Below, one piece after another: positions 1 to 12,859 of a stretch of 64,000 nucleotides of DNA. This DNA is from Hemiscyllium ocellatum. Taxonomy: Eukaryota. The translations under genes and the position numbers were made by a program. Position 1 is the first letter of the stretch. Every line of letters starts with the position of its first letter. The notes beneath the pieces were generated by a model that saw only the letters and a list, made by a program, of their open reading frames with translations, had not been told where the DNA came from and did no database searches. The stretch lies in assembly GCF_020745735.1 (NCBI RefSeq), contig NW_026867526.1, positions 474,416 to 538,415 of the forward strand, in the 5' to 3' direction.

Positions 1-672
1 GGGTGGGGAGTAAATAGGTCAAATAAAGACTTGTCTGCACTGGGACAGAGGGGAAATATCCCAAATGCAAGGATTCAAGTTTAACTTCCTTATCTCGGAA
101 CAAGAAACTCAAGGTCTTTATACACGATTGCTAATTTAACCCTTACAAGCACAATTTGTAACTCAATGTTTGATTCAGAATCCGAACATAGTAATTTCTC
201 ATTATTCAAATTTACTGAAGGTTCATGTCATATTAGTCAGTATTGGCTGTTTTGTTGAAAAGAGAATTTTATTCCTTTTCCTTTCCTGCTCCTTCATCCA
301 TTCGCAGTTTACTGAAAGATCTGACCATAATAAACCCAGGAATAATTACAGGTCTCTGACCCAGAGCAGTGTAATCACCTCAGTATTTAGACTTCTGTTA
401 ATTGATGACATCAGTGAAATGGTGTGGATGTGATGCTGCCTGTATTGAATTTGCCATGAAAACACTTTATAAGCTTGATTCAAACAAATACCTATTACTA
501 GGGAATGTGCCTGACTCCGTGGATACACATGACCTCTGGCCAACTTAAATTATAAAAAGTGCAAAGCATTCAATAGCGACATTGTATGGGAGATAGACCA
601 AGGCAAGGAGACCAGGAGCCGATCCTAATCCATAGCCATATTTCTTCAAATATGTAGGCATATTTCATCAAA

Positions 673-943
673 TGTCACCAGACTCTGGAGACCCATGGCA
701 ATGATTTTGGAGGGAGTGAAGAATGGGGGGTGGGCAGGAAGAGGCTTGAATGTTCCCAACCCTTGTGCTTGAGCTTGTGATAAGAATAAGCAAAAAATAG
801 TATAAAGAGAATATGTGAAACTTGTTCAGGGCCCTTATATAAGACATTTTTGCCAAATCTATTAGCCCCCTGTAGAGGTTACAATAAAGCTTTGTCTATG
901 CTCTTGCTAGCATTTGAGTCGAGTCAATTTAACTTCCATGACA
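673..943 (+). mobile_element. Candidate solo LTR
   Basis: TGTCA...TGACA termini, TATATAA at 836-842, AATAAA at 883-888; no matching TSD seen. Confidence 0.4.
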
Positions 944-1160
944 CCAGCTACTTGACCCCTGCTGAGATATAACATAGGCCAGTGTCCAATAGGAATAATC
1001 TACTTCCAATAGGTTCCTAATGCCAGGCACGGACTTCTGTAGATGTTCTACTTGCATCCACTTTCGACTAATGTGCCTGAGGTCACAGCAATGGAAAATG
1101 TGAGTGATGTTGTGGGAAAGGAGAACGTGATATAGGTTAATTATAGCTCAAGGTCCTAAA

Positions 1161-1690
1161 CCATAAGAAATAGGAATAGGAACAGACCATTTGGCTCATT
1201 AAGCCTGCTCCATCGTTCGTTAGGATCATTGCTGATACGACATTCCACACTATTTACTTTTCTGTATTTTCCTATTACCTCAATTCTCCTACTGCTCAAG
1301 AATTTATCTCAGCCTTAAATATAGACAGGGATGTTACTCCCACAGCTCTATGTAATGAGGAGTTCCAAAGACTCTCAAACCTAGGAACAAATTCCTCTGC
1401 ATCTCAGTCTTAAATTGTCAACCCTTCATTATGAGACCATCCCCTCTGGTCCTCGACTCTCCCGTGAGGGATAATATCCTCTCAGCATTTACCCTGTCAA
1501 GTCCCTTAAGAACCCTATATGTTGCAATGAGATCATATCGCATTCTTCTAAATTCTCAGCCTGTTTAGCCTTTTCCTCTTGATCAGGGATCACCCACATC
1601 AATGTTCTGGAACTGCCTCCAATGAAATAATAGCTTTCCTTAAATATTGGGTCCAAAACTACTCACATGCAACTGTGAAGATGCTAAAAG
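1161..1690 (-). mobile_element. CR1 LINE 3' fragment, decayed
   Basis: Minus strand resembles the CR1 ORF2 C-terminus (LEFRRMR-DLI-like) followed by a CR1-type 3' UTR and tail. Confidence 0.7.
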
Positions 1691-1704
1691 AGGGAGAGAT
1701 ATGC

Positions 1705-4266
1705 ACTTAGTCAAGGATAGTGGCAGAAAGGACATTTGAGGACTCAACTACTGAGGGAGCACGAGCTGAGGTAAGCAACAGTAAAGGAGAAAGCACTCTG
1801 TTGGGAGTTTTCTCTCGGCCTCCGAATAGTTCCAGTGATGTAGAGGAAAGGATACCAACGATAATTCTGGATAGCAGCAAGAGTAACAAGATTATTGTTA
1901 CGGGGGATTTTAACTTTAAAAATATTGACTGGAAATACAATAGCTCGAGTACTTTAGATGGGTCAGTTTTTGTCCAATGTATACAGGATGGTTTCCTGAC
2001 ACAGTATGTAGACAAGCCAACAAGGGGCGAGACCACATTGGATTTGGTACTGGGTAAGGAACCCAGCCAGGTATTAGATTTGGAGGTAGGTGAGCACTTT
2101 GGTGACAGTGACCACAATTCGAGTTATGTTTACTTTAGTGATGGAAAGGGATAGGTATATGCGGCACTGTAAGAGTTATTGCTGGAGGACAGGCAATTAT
2201 GATGCGACTAGGCAAGATTTAGGATGCATAGGATAGGGAAGGAAACTGCAGGGGTTGGGCACAGTTGAAATGTGAAGCTTTTTCAAGGAACAGCTACTGC
2301 GTGTCCTTGATAAGCATGTGCCTGTCAGGCAGGGAGGAAATTGTCGAGCGATAGAGCTATAGTTTTCTAAAAAGTTTGAATCTCGTGTCAAGAAGAAGAA
2401 AAAGGCTTCTATTAGGATGAGACACTTTAGGGCACTTTAGATTTACAAGTCAGCCAGAAAAGACCTAAAGAGAAGGCTAAGAACCACCAGTGTCCTCTAA
2501 AGCGTTCTCTGGGTATATCAGGAATAAAAGAATGACTGGAGAAAGATTAAGGCCAATCAAGAACCGGAGTTGGAAGTTGTGGGTGGAGTTTGAAGAGGTA
2601 GGGGAATTGCTAAATGAATATCTTTCATCAGTATTCACACTGGAAAAAGACAATATTGTCAAGGAGAATACTGAGAAACAGGCTACTAGATGGAATTCAG
2701 TTCACAAAGAGGAGGTGTGAGCAATTTTGGAAAGTGTGAAAATAGATGAGTCACCTCGGTCGGATGGGATTTATTCCAGGATTCTCTGGGAAGGCAGAGA
2801 GGAGATTGCAGAGCCTTTGGCTTTGATCTTTGTGTTGTCATTGTCTACAGGAATAGTGCCAGAAGACTGGAGGACAACTCCCTCTTGTTCAAGAAGGGGA
2901 ATAGAGTCAACCCCGGTAATTATAGATCAGTGAGCCTTACTTCAGTTGTGGGTAAAGTGTCCGAAAAAGTCATAAGAGAAAGGATTTATAATTACCTAGA
3001 GAGGAATAAGTTGATTAGGGGTAGACAACACGGTTTTGTGAAGGGGAGATTGTGCCTCACAAATCTTCTTGAGTGCTTTAAGATGGTGACCAAACAGGTG
3101 GATCAGGGTAAGGTGGTTGATGTGGTTTTCAGTAAGGCGTTTGATACAGATCCTCATGGTATGCTATTGCAGAAAATAGCGAGGCACGGAATCGAGGGAA
3201 ATTTAATGGTTTGTATCAGAAATTGGCTAGCTGAAAGACTGAAAATTGACTAGCTGAAAAGTGTTGGTTGATGGGAAAGGTTCATCCTGGAGTTCAATTA
3301 CCAGTGGTGTAATGCAAGGATCTGTTTTTGTCACTTTTATAAATGACCTAGATGAAGGTGTAGAAGGATAGGTTAGTAAATTTATGGATGACACTAAGGT
3401 CAATGGGGTTGTGGACAGTGCCAAAGGATGTTGCAGGTTACAGAGGGACATACGTAAGCTGCAGAGCTGGGCTGAGGTGGCATATTGAGCTTAATGCAAA
3501 AACGTGAGGTGATTCACTTTGGAAGGAACAACAGGAAAACAGAGTACTGGGCTAATGGTAAGATTCTTGGTAGTGTAGCTGAGCAGATAGATCTCGGTGT
3601 CCATGTACATGGATCCCTGAAAGTTGGTACCCAGGTTGATAGGGTTGTTAAGTTGGCACTCAGTGTGTTAGCTTTAATTGGTAGAGGGATGGAGTTTCAG
3701 AGTCATGAGGTTGTGCTGCAGCGGTACAAAACTCTAGTGCGGCTGCACTTTGAGTATTACTTACAGTTCTGGTCACCGCATTATAGGAAGGATGTGGAAA
3801 TTTTGGAAAGGATGCAGAGAAACTTTGCTAGGATGTTGCTTGTTATGGAGGGAAGGTCTTAAGAGGAAAGGCTGAAGTACTTGAGCTGTTTTCATTAGAG
3901 AGAAGGTTGAGAGGTGACTTAATTGAGACATACAAGATAATCAGAGGGTTAGATAGAGTGTACAGTGAGAGTTTTTCTTCTCAGATAGTGATGGCTGGCA
4001 CAAGGGGAAATAGCTTTAAATTGGGGGTGATAGATATAGGACAGATGTCTGAGATAGTTTCTTTACTCAGAGAGGAGTAGGGGCGTAGAACACACTGCTT
4101 GCAATAGGAGTAGACTTGCCAACCTTTAGGGCATTAGAATGGGCATTGGATAACCATCTGGATGAAAATGGAATAGTGCAGGATAGATGGACTTCAGATT
4201 AGTTCCACAGGTCAGTGCAACATCAAGGGCCGAAGGGCCTGTACTGCACCATAATGTTCTATGTTC
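1705..4266 (+). mobile_element. CR1 LINE, decayed ORF2 (APE endonuclease + RT) and 3' tail
   Basis: ORF pieces 1720-2154 (GVFSRPPNS, GDFNF, TRGETTLDLVL, GDSDHN), 2885-3253 (GNYRSVSLTS, QHGFVKGR), 3485-3862; ends atgttctatgttc. Confidence 0.92.
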
Positions 4267-4432
4267 AATCTAAAGGTGTGGAGACATCACTTATTTGCAT
4301 TCTGAGAGTGGACTTCACAATCAGCATGGATGTGGAGAGCATCGTGGAAGACCACCCCAGGAGACCAGCAGGAGGAAGTGCATCTAACTGGAGGAGCTGA
4401 GACATTTCTCATTTGCATTCTGGAAGTGGACT

Positions 4433-4738
4433 GTACGGTGTCACATCAAATAAACAAACAAAACATTGGACTTGGATTCTGCCAAAAAACGGAAGCAAAA
4501 TCCACTCTTGTGTGCAAATACTAATAGGTAGATATATTTGAGAAACTGCCTCATTTATGTAACTATTAGTATTGCATATATAAGAAAAGTCTTTGGGTAT
4601 TTGGACAGGTCAAAGTCCAATGTTGTGTTTGCTTATTTGATATGCAACTGTATAGAACTGAACCGCACTTGTGCCAATGTATTTATAAAGACATTATGAG
4701 ATTTCTTATGAATAAATTTATTTTTGAAATTAAAAAAA
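4433..4738 (+). mobile_element. Poly(A)-tailed retroelement 3' fragment with internal inverted repeat
   Basis: AATAAA 4711-4716, A-run 4732-4738, diverged ~16-bp flanking direct repeat (attctggaagtggact / attttgggagtggact), inverted arms 4445-4473 and 4613-4641. Confidence 0.35.
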
Positions 4739-4859
4739 CTATTTTGGGAGTGGACTTTGCAGAGCATCGTGGACCAACCTGGTGTTAAGGAATGGTCAGC
4801 CCCCTTCCTCCTCTAACTAAAAGACAAAAGAGCAAGGTTCAGAAGAGAGGAGAGAGAGA

Positions 4860-5623
4860 GAACATCAGGAGAGTATTGATGGGACCGCATCAAGCCATCA
4901 ACAATTGCAGACTGTTGGTACAATAGCTTGTGTATTGGGAGCTGTGCCAGTGAAGTGGACACCCGTTCAGAACAAAGCATAACCACTGAAATCACTGAAA
5001 ACTGCAGACACCTGGGTTTAGGAGACTTTGCAGAGACAGAGATTGATGCTTGGGTGAACTCTGACAATGAAATTGAAACAGAGACATTCTCCGATGATCA
5101 AATCGTCAACGTAGTCACAGAGGAACAGCAGGACTGTATGAATGGTGTGGATAGTAAGGAAATTCTGATACCGGCACCACCTCCAGTTAATGAAGCTATT
5201 GACAGTTTGCGACTTTTCATGGAGTGGTATGAAACACAAGATGAAGTTGATGCTGTTAAATTGATGCATCTTCGTCACATGTTATTGTTTGGAAACAAAA
5301 AAGAGACAGCACTTCCTCAAACAACAGCCGCTGGATAATTTCTTCGGAAATAATAAATAAACTCCACCTCAATGATTTTTTTTAATTGTACAAGTACATA
5401 AAAAGTGATCTGAGTTGTAAAATGTCATGCATTTTTAAGCAATATGCAGTGTTTGTGAAGATTTTAGTGATCAAATGAAATAAACACACTGTTAGCATGC
5501 TTTTTAATGCAATTATGGGCAATGCAGCTTCAATTGTTTAACGTCAAATCAATTTACCGAATGATCAATTACCTGAATGAAAACCTGCTCGCCCAAGGAC
5601 TTTGGATAATCGAGGTTCCACTG
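4860..5623 (+). mobile_element. Tigger/pogo DNA transposon, 3' part
   Basis: ORF 4928-5338 resembles an acidic Tigger transposase C-terminus (FSDDQIV...EAIDSLRLFMEWYE); right TIR ggataatcgaggttccactg 5604-5623 followed by TA. Confidence 0.8.
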
Positions 5624-5635
5624 TAGAGGGATATG

Positions 5636-7697
5636 GATCCTGTGGGGGAATGCAATTGGGGGAAGGGAAATTACGATGCTGTAAGACAGGATTTGAGGAA
5701 CATAAGTTGGGAGCATAGGCTGTCAGGGAAGGATGTGGTGGAAATGTGGAACTTTTTCAAGGAGCAGATACGACGTGTCCTTGATATGTATGTACCTATC
5801 AGGCAGGAAAGAAATGGTCGTGTGAGGGAGCCTTGGTTGACGAGGGAGGTTGAATGTCTAGTAAAGAGGAAGAAGGAGGCTTACATAAGGTTGAGGAAAC
5901 AGGGTTCAGACAGAGCAGTGGATGGATACAGGATAGCCAGAAGGGACCTGAAGAAAGGGATTAGGAGAGCTAAGAGAGGGCATGAAAAATCCTTGGCGGA
6001 TAGGATCAAGGATAACCCCAAGGCATTTTATGCGTATGTGAGAAACATGAGAATGACGAGAATGAGGGTAGGTCCGATCAAGGACAGTAGTGGGAGATTG
6101 TGTATTGAGTCGGAAGAGATAGGAGAGGTCTTGAATGAGTACTTTTCTTCAGTATTTATGAACGAGAGGGACCGTATTGTTGAAGAGGAGAGTGTGAAAC
6201 GGACTGGTAAGCTAGAAGAGATACTTGTTTGGAAGGAAGATGTGTTGGACATTTTGAACAACTTGAGGATAGACAAGTCCCCCGGGCCTGACGGGATATA
6301 TCCTAGGATTATGTGGGAAGCAAGAGAGGAAATTGCAGTACCGTTGGCAATGATCTTCACTGTCAACGGGGGTGGTACCAGGGGACTGGAGAGTAGCGAA
6401 TGTTGTGCCCCTGTTCAAAAAAGTATCTGGAAAGACACTGCTTGATTAGGGACAACCAGCACGGATTTGTGAAGGGTAGGTCTTGCCTTACAAGTCTTAT
6501 TGAATTCCTTGAGGAGGTGACCAAGCATGTGGATGAGGGTAGAGCGGTGGATGTAGTGTACATGGATTTTAGTAAGGCATTTGATAAGGTTCCCCATGGT
6601 AGGCTTATGCGGAAAGTCAGGAGGCATGGGATAGAGGGAAATTTGGCCAATTGGATAGAAAACTGGCTAACCTGGTCGAAGTCAGAGAGTGGTGGTAGAT
6701 GGTAAATATTCAGCCTGGAGCCCAGTTACAAGTGGAGTTCCGCAGGGATCAGTTCTGGGTCCTCTGCTGTTTGTAATTTTTATTAATGACTTGGATGAGG
6801 GAGTCGAAGGGTGGGTCAGTAAATTTGCAGATGATACGAAGATTGGTGGAGTTGTGGACAGTGAGGAGGGCTGTTGTCGGCTGCAAAGGGACTTAGATAT
6901 GATGCAGAGCTGGGCTGAGGAGTGGCAGATGGAGTTCAACCCTGCCAAGTGTGAGGTTGTCCATTTTGGAAGAACAAATAAGAATGCGGAATACAGGGTT
7001 AACGGTAGGGTTCTTAGTCAGGTGGAGGAACAGAGGGATCTTGGGGTCTATGTACATAGATCTTTGAAAGTTGCCACTCAGGTGGATAGAGCTTATAAGA
7101 AGGCCTATGGTGTATTAGCGTTCATTAGCAGAGGGATTGAATTCAAGAGTCGTGAAGTGATGTTGCAGCTGTACAGGACTTTGGTTAGGCCACATTTGGA
7201 GTACTGTGTGCAGTTCTGGTCGCCTCACTTTAGGAAAGATGTGGAAGCTTTGGAGAGGGTGCAGAGAAGATTTACCAGGATGTTGCCTGGAATGGAGAAT
7301 AGGTCGTACGAGGATAGGTTGAGAGTTCTCGGCCTTTTCTCGTTGGAACGGCGAAGGATGAGGGGTGACTTGACAGAGGTTTATAAGATGATCAGAGGAA
7401 TAGACAGAGTAGACAGTCAGAAACTTTTTCCCCGGGTACAACAGAGTGTTACAAGGGGACATAAATTTAAGGTGAAGGGTGGAAGGTATAGGGGAGATGT
7501 CAGGGGTGGGTTCTTTACCCAGAGAGTGGTGGGGGCATGGAATGTGCTGCCCGTGGGAGTGGTAGAGTCAGAATCATTGGCGACTTTTAAGCGGCAATTG
7601 GATAGGTACATGCATGGGTGCTTAATCTAGGATAGATGTTCGGCACAACATCGTTGTCCGAAGGGCCTGTTCTGTGCTGTATTGTTCTATGTTCTGT
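5636..7697 (+). mobile_element. Young CR1 (HER1-like) LINE, 5'-truncated, small internal deletions near 6360 and 6420
   Basis: ORF2 linker and RT in ORFs 5633-6445, 6400-6705, 6689-7630; tail tattgttctatgttct; nearly identical to the copy at 31449-34787. Confidence 0.95.
6689..7630 (+). CDS. CR1 ORF2 RT C-terminal half (TE ORF fragment)
   Basis: SGVPQGSVLGPLLF, KFADD, RPHLEYCVQFW motifs; 313 aa open. Confidence 0.85.
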   Translation: MVVDGKYSAWSPVTSGVPQGSVLGPLLFVIFINDLDEGVEGWVSKFADDTKIGGVVDSEEGCCRLQRDLDMMQSWAEEWQMEFNPAKCEVVHFGRTNKNAEYRVNGRVLSQVEEQRDLGVYVHRSLKVATQVDRAYKKAYGVLAFISRGIEFKSREVMLQLYRTLVRPHLEYCVQFWSPHFRKDVEALERVQRRFTRMLPGMENRSYEDRLRVLGLFSLERRRMRGDLTEVYKMIRGIDRVDSQKLFPRVQQSVTRGHKFKVKGGRYRGDVRGGFFTQRVVGAWNVLPVGVVESESLATFKRQLDRYMHGCLI

Positions 7698-8213
7698 GAG
7701 GACGGTTTTAGTATAGAAGGGCGAAATGAGTTGGCGCAGACTTGGAGAGCTGAAGGGCCTTGTGGCCAGGCAGGCCACTCAAAATGGTGGACTTATGAGA
7801 AATGGACAATAAGTGAGGCATGCTGGGAAATTGAGACAAGCTTTAACCAAAAGTGCAGAATCCAGGCAGACTGCAGCTACAGACAGACAGTATACAATTG
7901 ACTCAGCAGCTGTAGACAATACAATCTACACTTGAATTTCAATTGAGTTGAATTTACCTGAATACCATCCCCAGGACAACTGGAAAAATTAAGCTGTTTA
8001 CCATACGCAGGGGTGCCTTAGCCCTTACTTAGAGATGGCTTCCTGATCAATGTATTGGTGGATGCTGAAGTCTTTATACCCTTTTGGGAGAATCCTCAAA
8101 GTGTAAGGATCATTGCAAGACCATCCTCAGGAGCGGTAACCTGAGACCAACCACGTGAAGACACGCCTGAAACCAGCAGGAGAAGATGACTAGATGATCA
8201 TCATCATGTAGAT

Positions 8214-8512
8214 TATAGAACATAGAGAACATAGAACATAGAACAATACAGCGCAGAACAGGCTTTTCGCCCCTCGATGTTGCACCGACCTGTGAACTAT
8301 TCTCAGCTCGTTCCATTATCCCAAAATCATCCATGTGCTTATCGAAGGATTGTTTAAATCCCTAATGTGGCTGAGTTGACTACATTAGCAGGTAGGACAT
8401 TCTACACCCTTACCACTCTCTGCGTAAAGAACCTGCCTCTGACATTTGTTTTAATTCTATCACCCTCAATTTGTAGTTATGCCCCCTTGTACACGCTGAC
8501 GTCAGCATCCTA
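8214..8512 (-). mobile_element. CR1 LINE 3' end
   Basis: (agaacat)n tail on +; minus strand reads as the CR1 ORF2 end and 3' UTR. Confidence 0.85.
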
Positions 8513-8619
8513 AGGTTAATTAGAGTTAAGCTAAAGCACAAGACAGTTCATTAGATTTATAGTGTAAATTGTTAGTTTGCATTTTGTTAATATCGTATTA
8601 ATTGTGATAAGCCATAGCC

Positions 8620-8940
8620 TATCTACACCTAAGTGCCAAAGCTGCCTTTGGTCAACATCCCTTCATAACAAAATGTTACCTATCACAGATTGAAAATCAA
8701 CTAATCTAACATTCACTGCCATTTGAGAAAAAAGTTCTAAATATCTCCCACCTTGTATGTAGAAGTGCTTTTGAACATCTCTCCTGAGTGGTCAGGCCCT
8801 AATTCTCAGACTATGTACCCTAATTCTAGAATCCCCAATCAGTAGAAATAGTTTATCTTAATTTACTCTGTCGTTTCCTGGTAATATCATAATGACCTTA
8901 ATCAGATCATCCTTTAACCTTCTAAATTCTCAAGAAAATT
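8620..8940 (-). mobile_element. CR1 LINE 3' fragment, old
   Basis: Minus strand translates to LEFRRLKDDLIKV...GDSRIRVHSLRIR-like CR1 C-terminus. Confidence 0.65.
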
Positions 8941-8944
8941 TCAA

Positions 8945-9555
8945 GTAATAATCCGCTCAATGAAGCCCAGTTTGGGTTTCACTAGGGCCACATAGGTCCC
9001 TGACCTCATTACAACCTTGGTTCAAACATGGAGGTGAAGCCAAAGTGATAGCCCTTGACATCAAGACCATGTTCAATTGTGTGTGGCATCAAGGAGCTGT
9101 AGGAAAACTGGAATATGAGGGGTGGATGGCAAATTCTCTGCTGGGTAAAGTCATACCAGGCACCCAGGATGCAACAACATGAACTGCACAAATTCACCAA
9201 AGATCCTTAGTCTGCACTTATAATCGAGGGAACATCATTAATGGTGCAGCTGAAGATGGTTGGGCTTCAGACACTACACTGAGGAACTCCTGAAGACACG
9301 TCCTGGAGCTGAGGTGACTGGCCTCCAACAATCACAATCAAATTCATATGTGCCTAACATGATTCATCATGTAAAACCACTTTCTTCAAGAATGACAAGG
9401 GCAGCAGATTCATGGGAACACCAACACCAGCAAGTTCCCCTCCAAACGACTCGCCATCCAGGATTGGAAAAATATTATTATTTGTTCAGTCACTGGATCA
9501 AAACCCTGGAATTTCTTCCCTAAGTGCATTGTGGATTCACCAACAGCTTATGGAC
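8945..9555 (+). mobile_element. L2/CR1-group LINE RT fragment
   Basis: Decayed NNPLNEAQFGF...PDLITTLVQTW...ALDIK...VWHQGA RT motifs. Confidence 0.7.
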
Positions 9556-9559
9556 CTTT

Positions 9560-10430
9560 TATTCATTTGTAGTATGTGGGCATCACTGGCTGGCCAGCAT
9601 TTTATGCCTGTCCCTAGATGTCGTTGAGGAGGTGGTGGTGAGTTGCCTTCTTGAACCACTGCAGTTCACCTGTTGTAGGTTGACCTACACTGACATGAGG
9701 AAGGGAATTCCATGATTTTAACCCAATGACAAGGAAGAAAAGGCAATGTATTTCCAAGTCAGACTATTAAGTGGACGTTAAGAAGGGAACTTGAAGGTGA
9801 TGGTGCTGCTCTTCTCCTTTGAGATACAAGTGGTCATGATTTTGGAAGGTGATGTCTGAGGATCTCTGGTGAATTTCTGCAGTGCATCTTGTTGACAGTA
9901 CACACTACTGCTATTGAGCATAAGTGGCAGAGGGAGTGGATGTAAAGCCAATGAAGCAGGCTGTTCTGTCCTGGATGATGTCAAGCTTTTTCAGCATTGT
10001 GGGAGCTGCACTCATCCAGGAAAGTTGCCCTCCAACTGACTCTGGACTTGTGCCATATTGATAATGATCAGGCTTTGGGAGTCACAACCTGAGTTACTTG
10101 CCACACGATTCCTAATCTCTGATCTGCTCCGATAGCCACTGTGTTTGTGTGACAAGTCCAGTTGAGTTCCTGGTCAATGGTAACGCCTAGGATGTTGATA
10201 GTTGGGGATTTGGTGATGATAATACAATTGAATACCAGGGGATGATGGTCAGATTGTCTTTATTGGTAATGGTTGTAGCCCTGCATTTGTTTAGTGTAAA
10301 TATTACTTATCACTTGTCAGCCTGATTCTGGAAATTGTCCAGATCTTGTTGCATTTGAACATGGACTATTCAGTATCTGAGGAGTCGCCAATTCCAACCA
10401 CTCTACAATCATCAGTGAACATCCCCACTT
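9560..10430 (-). mobile_element. Same L2/CR1-group LINE, 3' part, inverted
   Basis: Minus strand carries the 3' end gttcaagaaggcaactcaccaccacc...atgaataa also seen at 10440-10570 on +. Confidence 0.65.
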
Positions 10431-10439
10431 CTGACCTTA

Positions 10440-10570
10440 TGATGGATGAACCAGCAACATCAACTGCAGCAATTCAAGAAGGCATACTACCACCGTCTTC
10501 ACAAAGGCATCTCGGGTGGGATAATAAGCGCTCACCAGTCGACAAAGCTTACATCCCATGAGTGAATAAA
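10440..10570 (+). mobile_element. L2/CR1-group LINE 3' end
   Basis: caattcaagaaggc...cccatgagtgaataaa terminus. Confidence 0.55.
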
Positions 10571-10574
10571 CTAC

Positions 10575-10975
10575 AAGTCTCATTCTTGTAAACATATTTT
10601 GTACTCACTACAAGCCAATGTATCCTTCCTAAGACCTGATGCCCAAATCTGTTCTCAGTACTCCAGGTAAGGTTCGAACAGTTTTGAATACTCACAGCGT
10701 AACTTCTGCATCCTTGTACTGTCTTCCTCTCGTTATAAAAGCTGGCATTTGTTTGATTATAATTTTTTTCTGCATCTATTCATGGCATTTTAAAGATCTA
10801 TTCACCTAAAACCAAAGTCTCTTTGGACTTCCACTATACTTAACTTCATACCATCTTGAAAAACATCATGATCTATCCTCCTTCAGTCCAAAATTGATAC
10901 CTCACACTCACACTGAACTCTCTCTATCACAGTTTTGCCCATCCACCTAGTCTATGAATATCCCCTTGTAATTTT
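10575..10975 (-). mobile_element. Old CR1-type RT fragment
   Basis: Minus strand LEY-EQIWA-like motif and decayed RT C-terminal sequence. Confidence 0.5.
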
Positions 10976-10991
10976 ATGCCATCATGTACAC

Positions 10992-12119
10992 CAGTGTTTC
11001 TCAACGGGGGCGGAAGTGCCTCCTGAGGGGCGTTTCCCTTCCTTCGGTCGGCGTTGAAGTCAAAGGGGACGGCAAGGGGTCACTGAACGACTTTGTAGAG
11101 AGCTTACCAATCAATTGGAAGACTGCCATGTCCTTGAAGGACATTGCTGGGTGCAGATGGACAGTCGCATAACACGAGTCTGTTATTTTCCTGCACCCAT
11201 GGAGGAGTGCGCTCTGACTGGTTCCTGAGCTATTATTGATAGTCTTTTCCGTGAATAGCAAACCATTTGAACTCGTTCGCAGTTGGCACTGATTCTACTG
11301 CTGAGATCAATATCACCTAACTCGTGTCGCTTCTAAGATGGCATTCTGCTCGAGTGGCAGAATGAATGCACATTATAGCTAATTAGCCAATCAAATTTTG
11401 CCACTTGTCTGAGCGTCTTAAAATAATTGTGATAAGGTAATATCCATGATTCCATTAGGGTATTCGAGCGACAGTGTAAAAATGGCCTCATTGAGTAAGA
11501 AAAAGTGGAGTATAGCATGCAGTATAGTATGGACTATTTGTGATATGGCTTTATTCAATCTCTATCTAATAAACAATTACCACTGTGCTTGCTCTGTCTG
11601 TGAACAAAGTTTTTCCAATGAGGCCATGAAGCCTTCCTATCTTATTAAACATTTGGAAAAGAAATAGTGACAAAAAGGACGAAGATTTGGCATATTTTCA
11701 AGCATTAAGAATAAATTCAATCAACAACCAACGATTTCCATTGCTTTTTCAAAGATAGGAGCCACAAATGTGGATGGCCTTGTGGCATCATACAACATAG
11801 CGAAGCTAATTGCAAAATGTGGTAAACCTCATTCCGTGGGTGAATTGTTGGTGCTTCCAGCTATTGCCAAAATATTATCAACTGTGCTACATCAGGAACT
11901 ATCAATGACTATCAAGCATATTCTTCTTGCACCTTCCGTGAGAAGGTGCATCGATGAAATGGCCTCAAATCTTGAGGATAAATTATCTTCCCTTTTGATA
12001 TCGAAAGAAACTGATTGATGAAAGTACTATATGTGAATTCAAGCTTTACTTTTGGGAGGCGTTGCATGATTTCAAGGATAAGAAGGGGGCTTTGAATAGG
12101 GAAAGGTTGAGAGACACTG
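10992..12119 (+). mobile_element. hAT (Buster/Charlie-type) DNA transposon, internally deleted
   Basis: TIRs cagtgtttctcaac / gttgagagacactg; 8-bp TSD atgtacac / atgtacat; BED-finger remnant CSVCEQSFSNEAMKPSYLIKHL (11446-11667) and ASYNIAKLIAKCGKPHSVGE (11770-12018). Confidence 0.93.
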
Positions 12120-12189
12120 ATGTACATGTCTATAATGCCATCTAATATGCATTGAAGCTGTCACCTAGATAGGAGACAAAAATGTCTGC

Positions 12190-12700
12190 AAATCAACTTC
12201 CCAGCTCAGCGATCATACCCACAACCATGGCAACAGGCACCTGAGCTACAAATCTTTACACCAACCTTGAATACCTAACATTGTGTCATCAGCAAATTTG
12301 GATATATGGCCATTGTGTCATTGTCCGATTAATCAATAAATAATGAATAACTGAAGCCAAACACAGATCCCAACAGGACACCACTGGTCACATCCTGCCA
12401 AATCTGAGTTCCTATCCATTATCCATCCATGTCAGTAATTTGCCTTCAATTTCATAGGTTTCTGACTAAGACTATTATGTGGGATTCATCAAATGCCTCC
12501 TGGTAGTCCATGTAAGCACTGCCTCTGTTGACATTGCCATGTCCGACCTCAGTCATCTCGTCAAACAATTCAGAAGTTTGTCAGGCATGACCTACGTGTC
12601 ATGACGCTCATTGATTAACTTAAAAATGTACAAGATATTCAGTGACCCCATCCCTGATGATAAACTCCAACACTTAGACTAACTGCTCAGTGTGTCCCTG
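12190..12700 (-). mobile_element. Old CR1/L2 RT fragment
   Basis: Minus strand DVTSGVLLGSV and KFADD-like (atccaaatttgctgatgacac) remnants. Confidence 0.55.
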
Positions 12701-12859
12701 GTTTTCCTCGGAGTGGTGTTATTTTCCGATCGAGAATACTCTGCAATGATTATAATGAGGGAATTTCCTTTAACACACTCGGATGGTAACGAGCAAATCC
12801 CGGGGATCTCCACTCTTTAAATCCATTACCTCCCTTATTACCAGAGTTCTCCTGATAAC

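Noticed and set aside
170-433. ORF with a strong-looking acceptor (pyrimidine tract, CAG at 305-307) suggesting a host exon
   Set aside because: No recognisable protein, weak donor (GTCTCT at 352) and no partner exons; cannot be supported from sequence alone
4928-5338. Domesticated TIGD/jerky-like gene
   Set aside because: Only the C-terminal fragment is present and it is followed by a TIR and TA, so it is a transposon remnant
6028-7611. Minus-strand ORFs over CR1 (also 32201-33286 on +)
   Set aside because: Antisense shadows of CR1 ORF2
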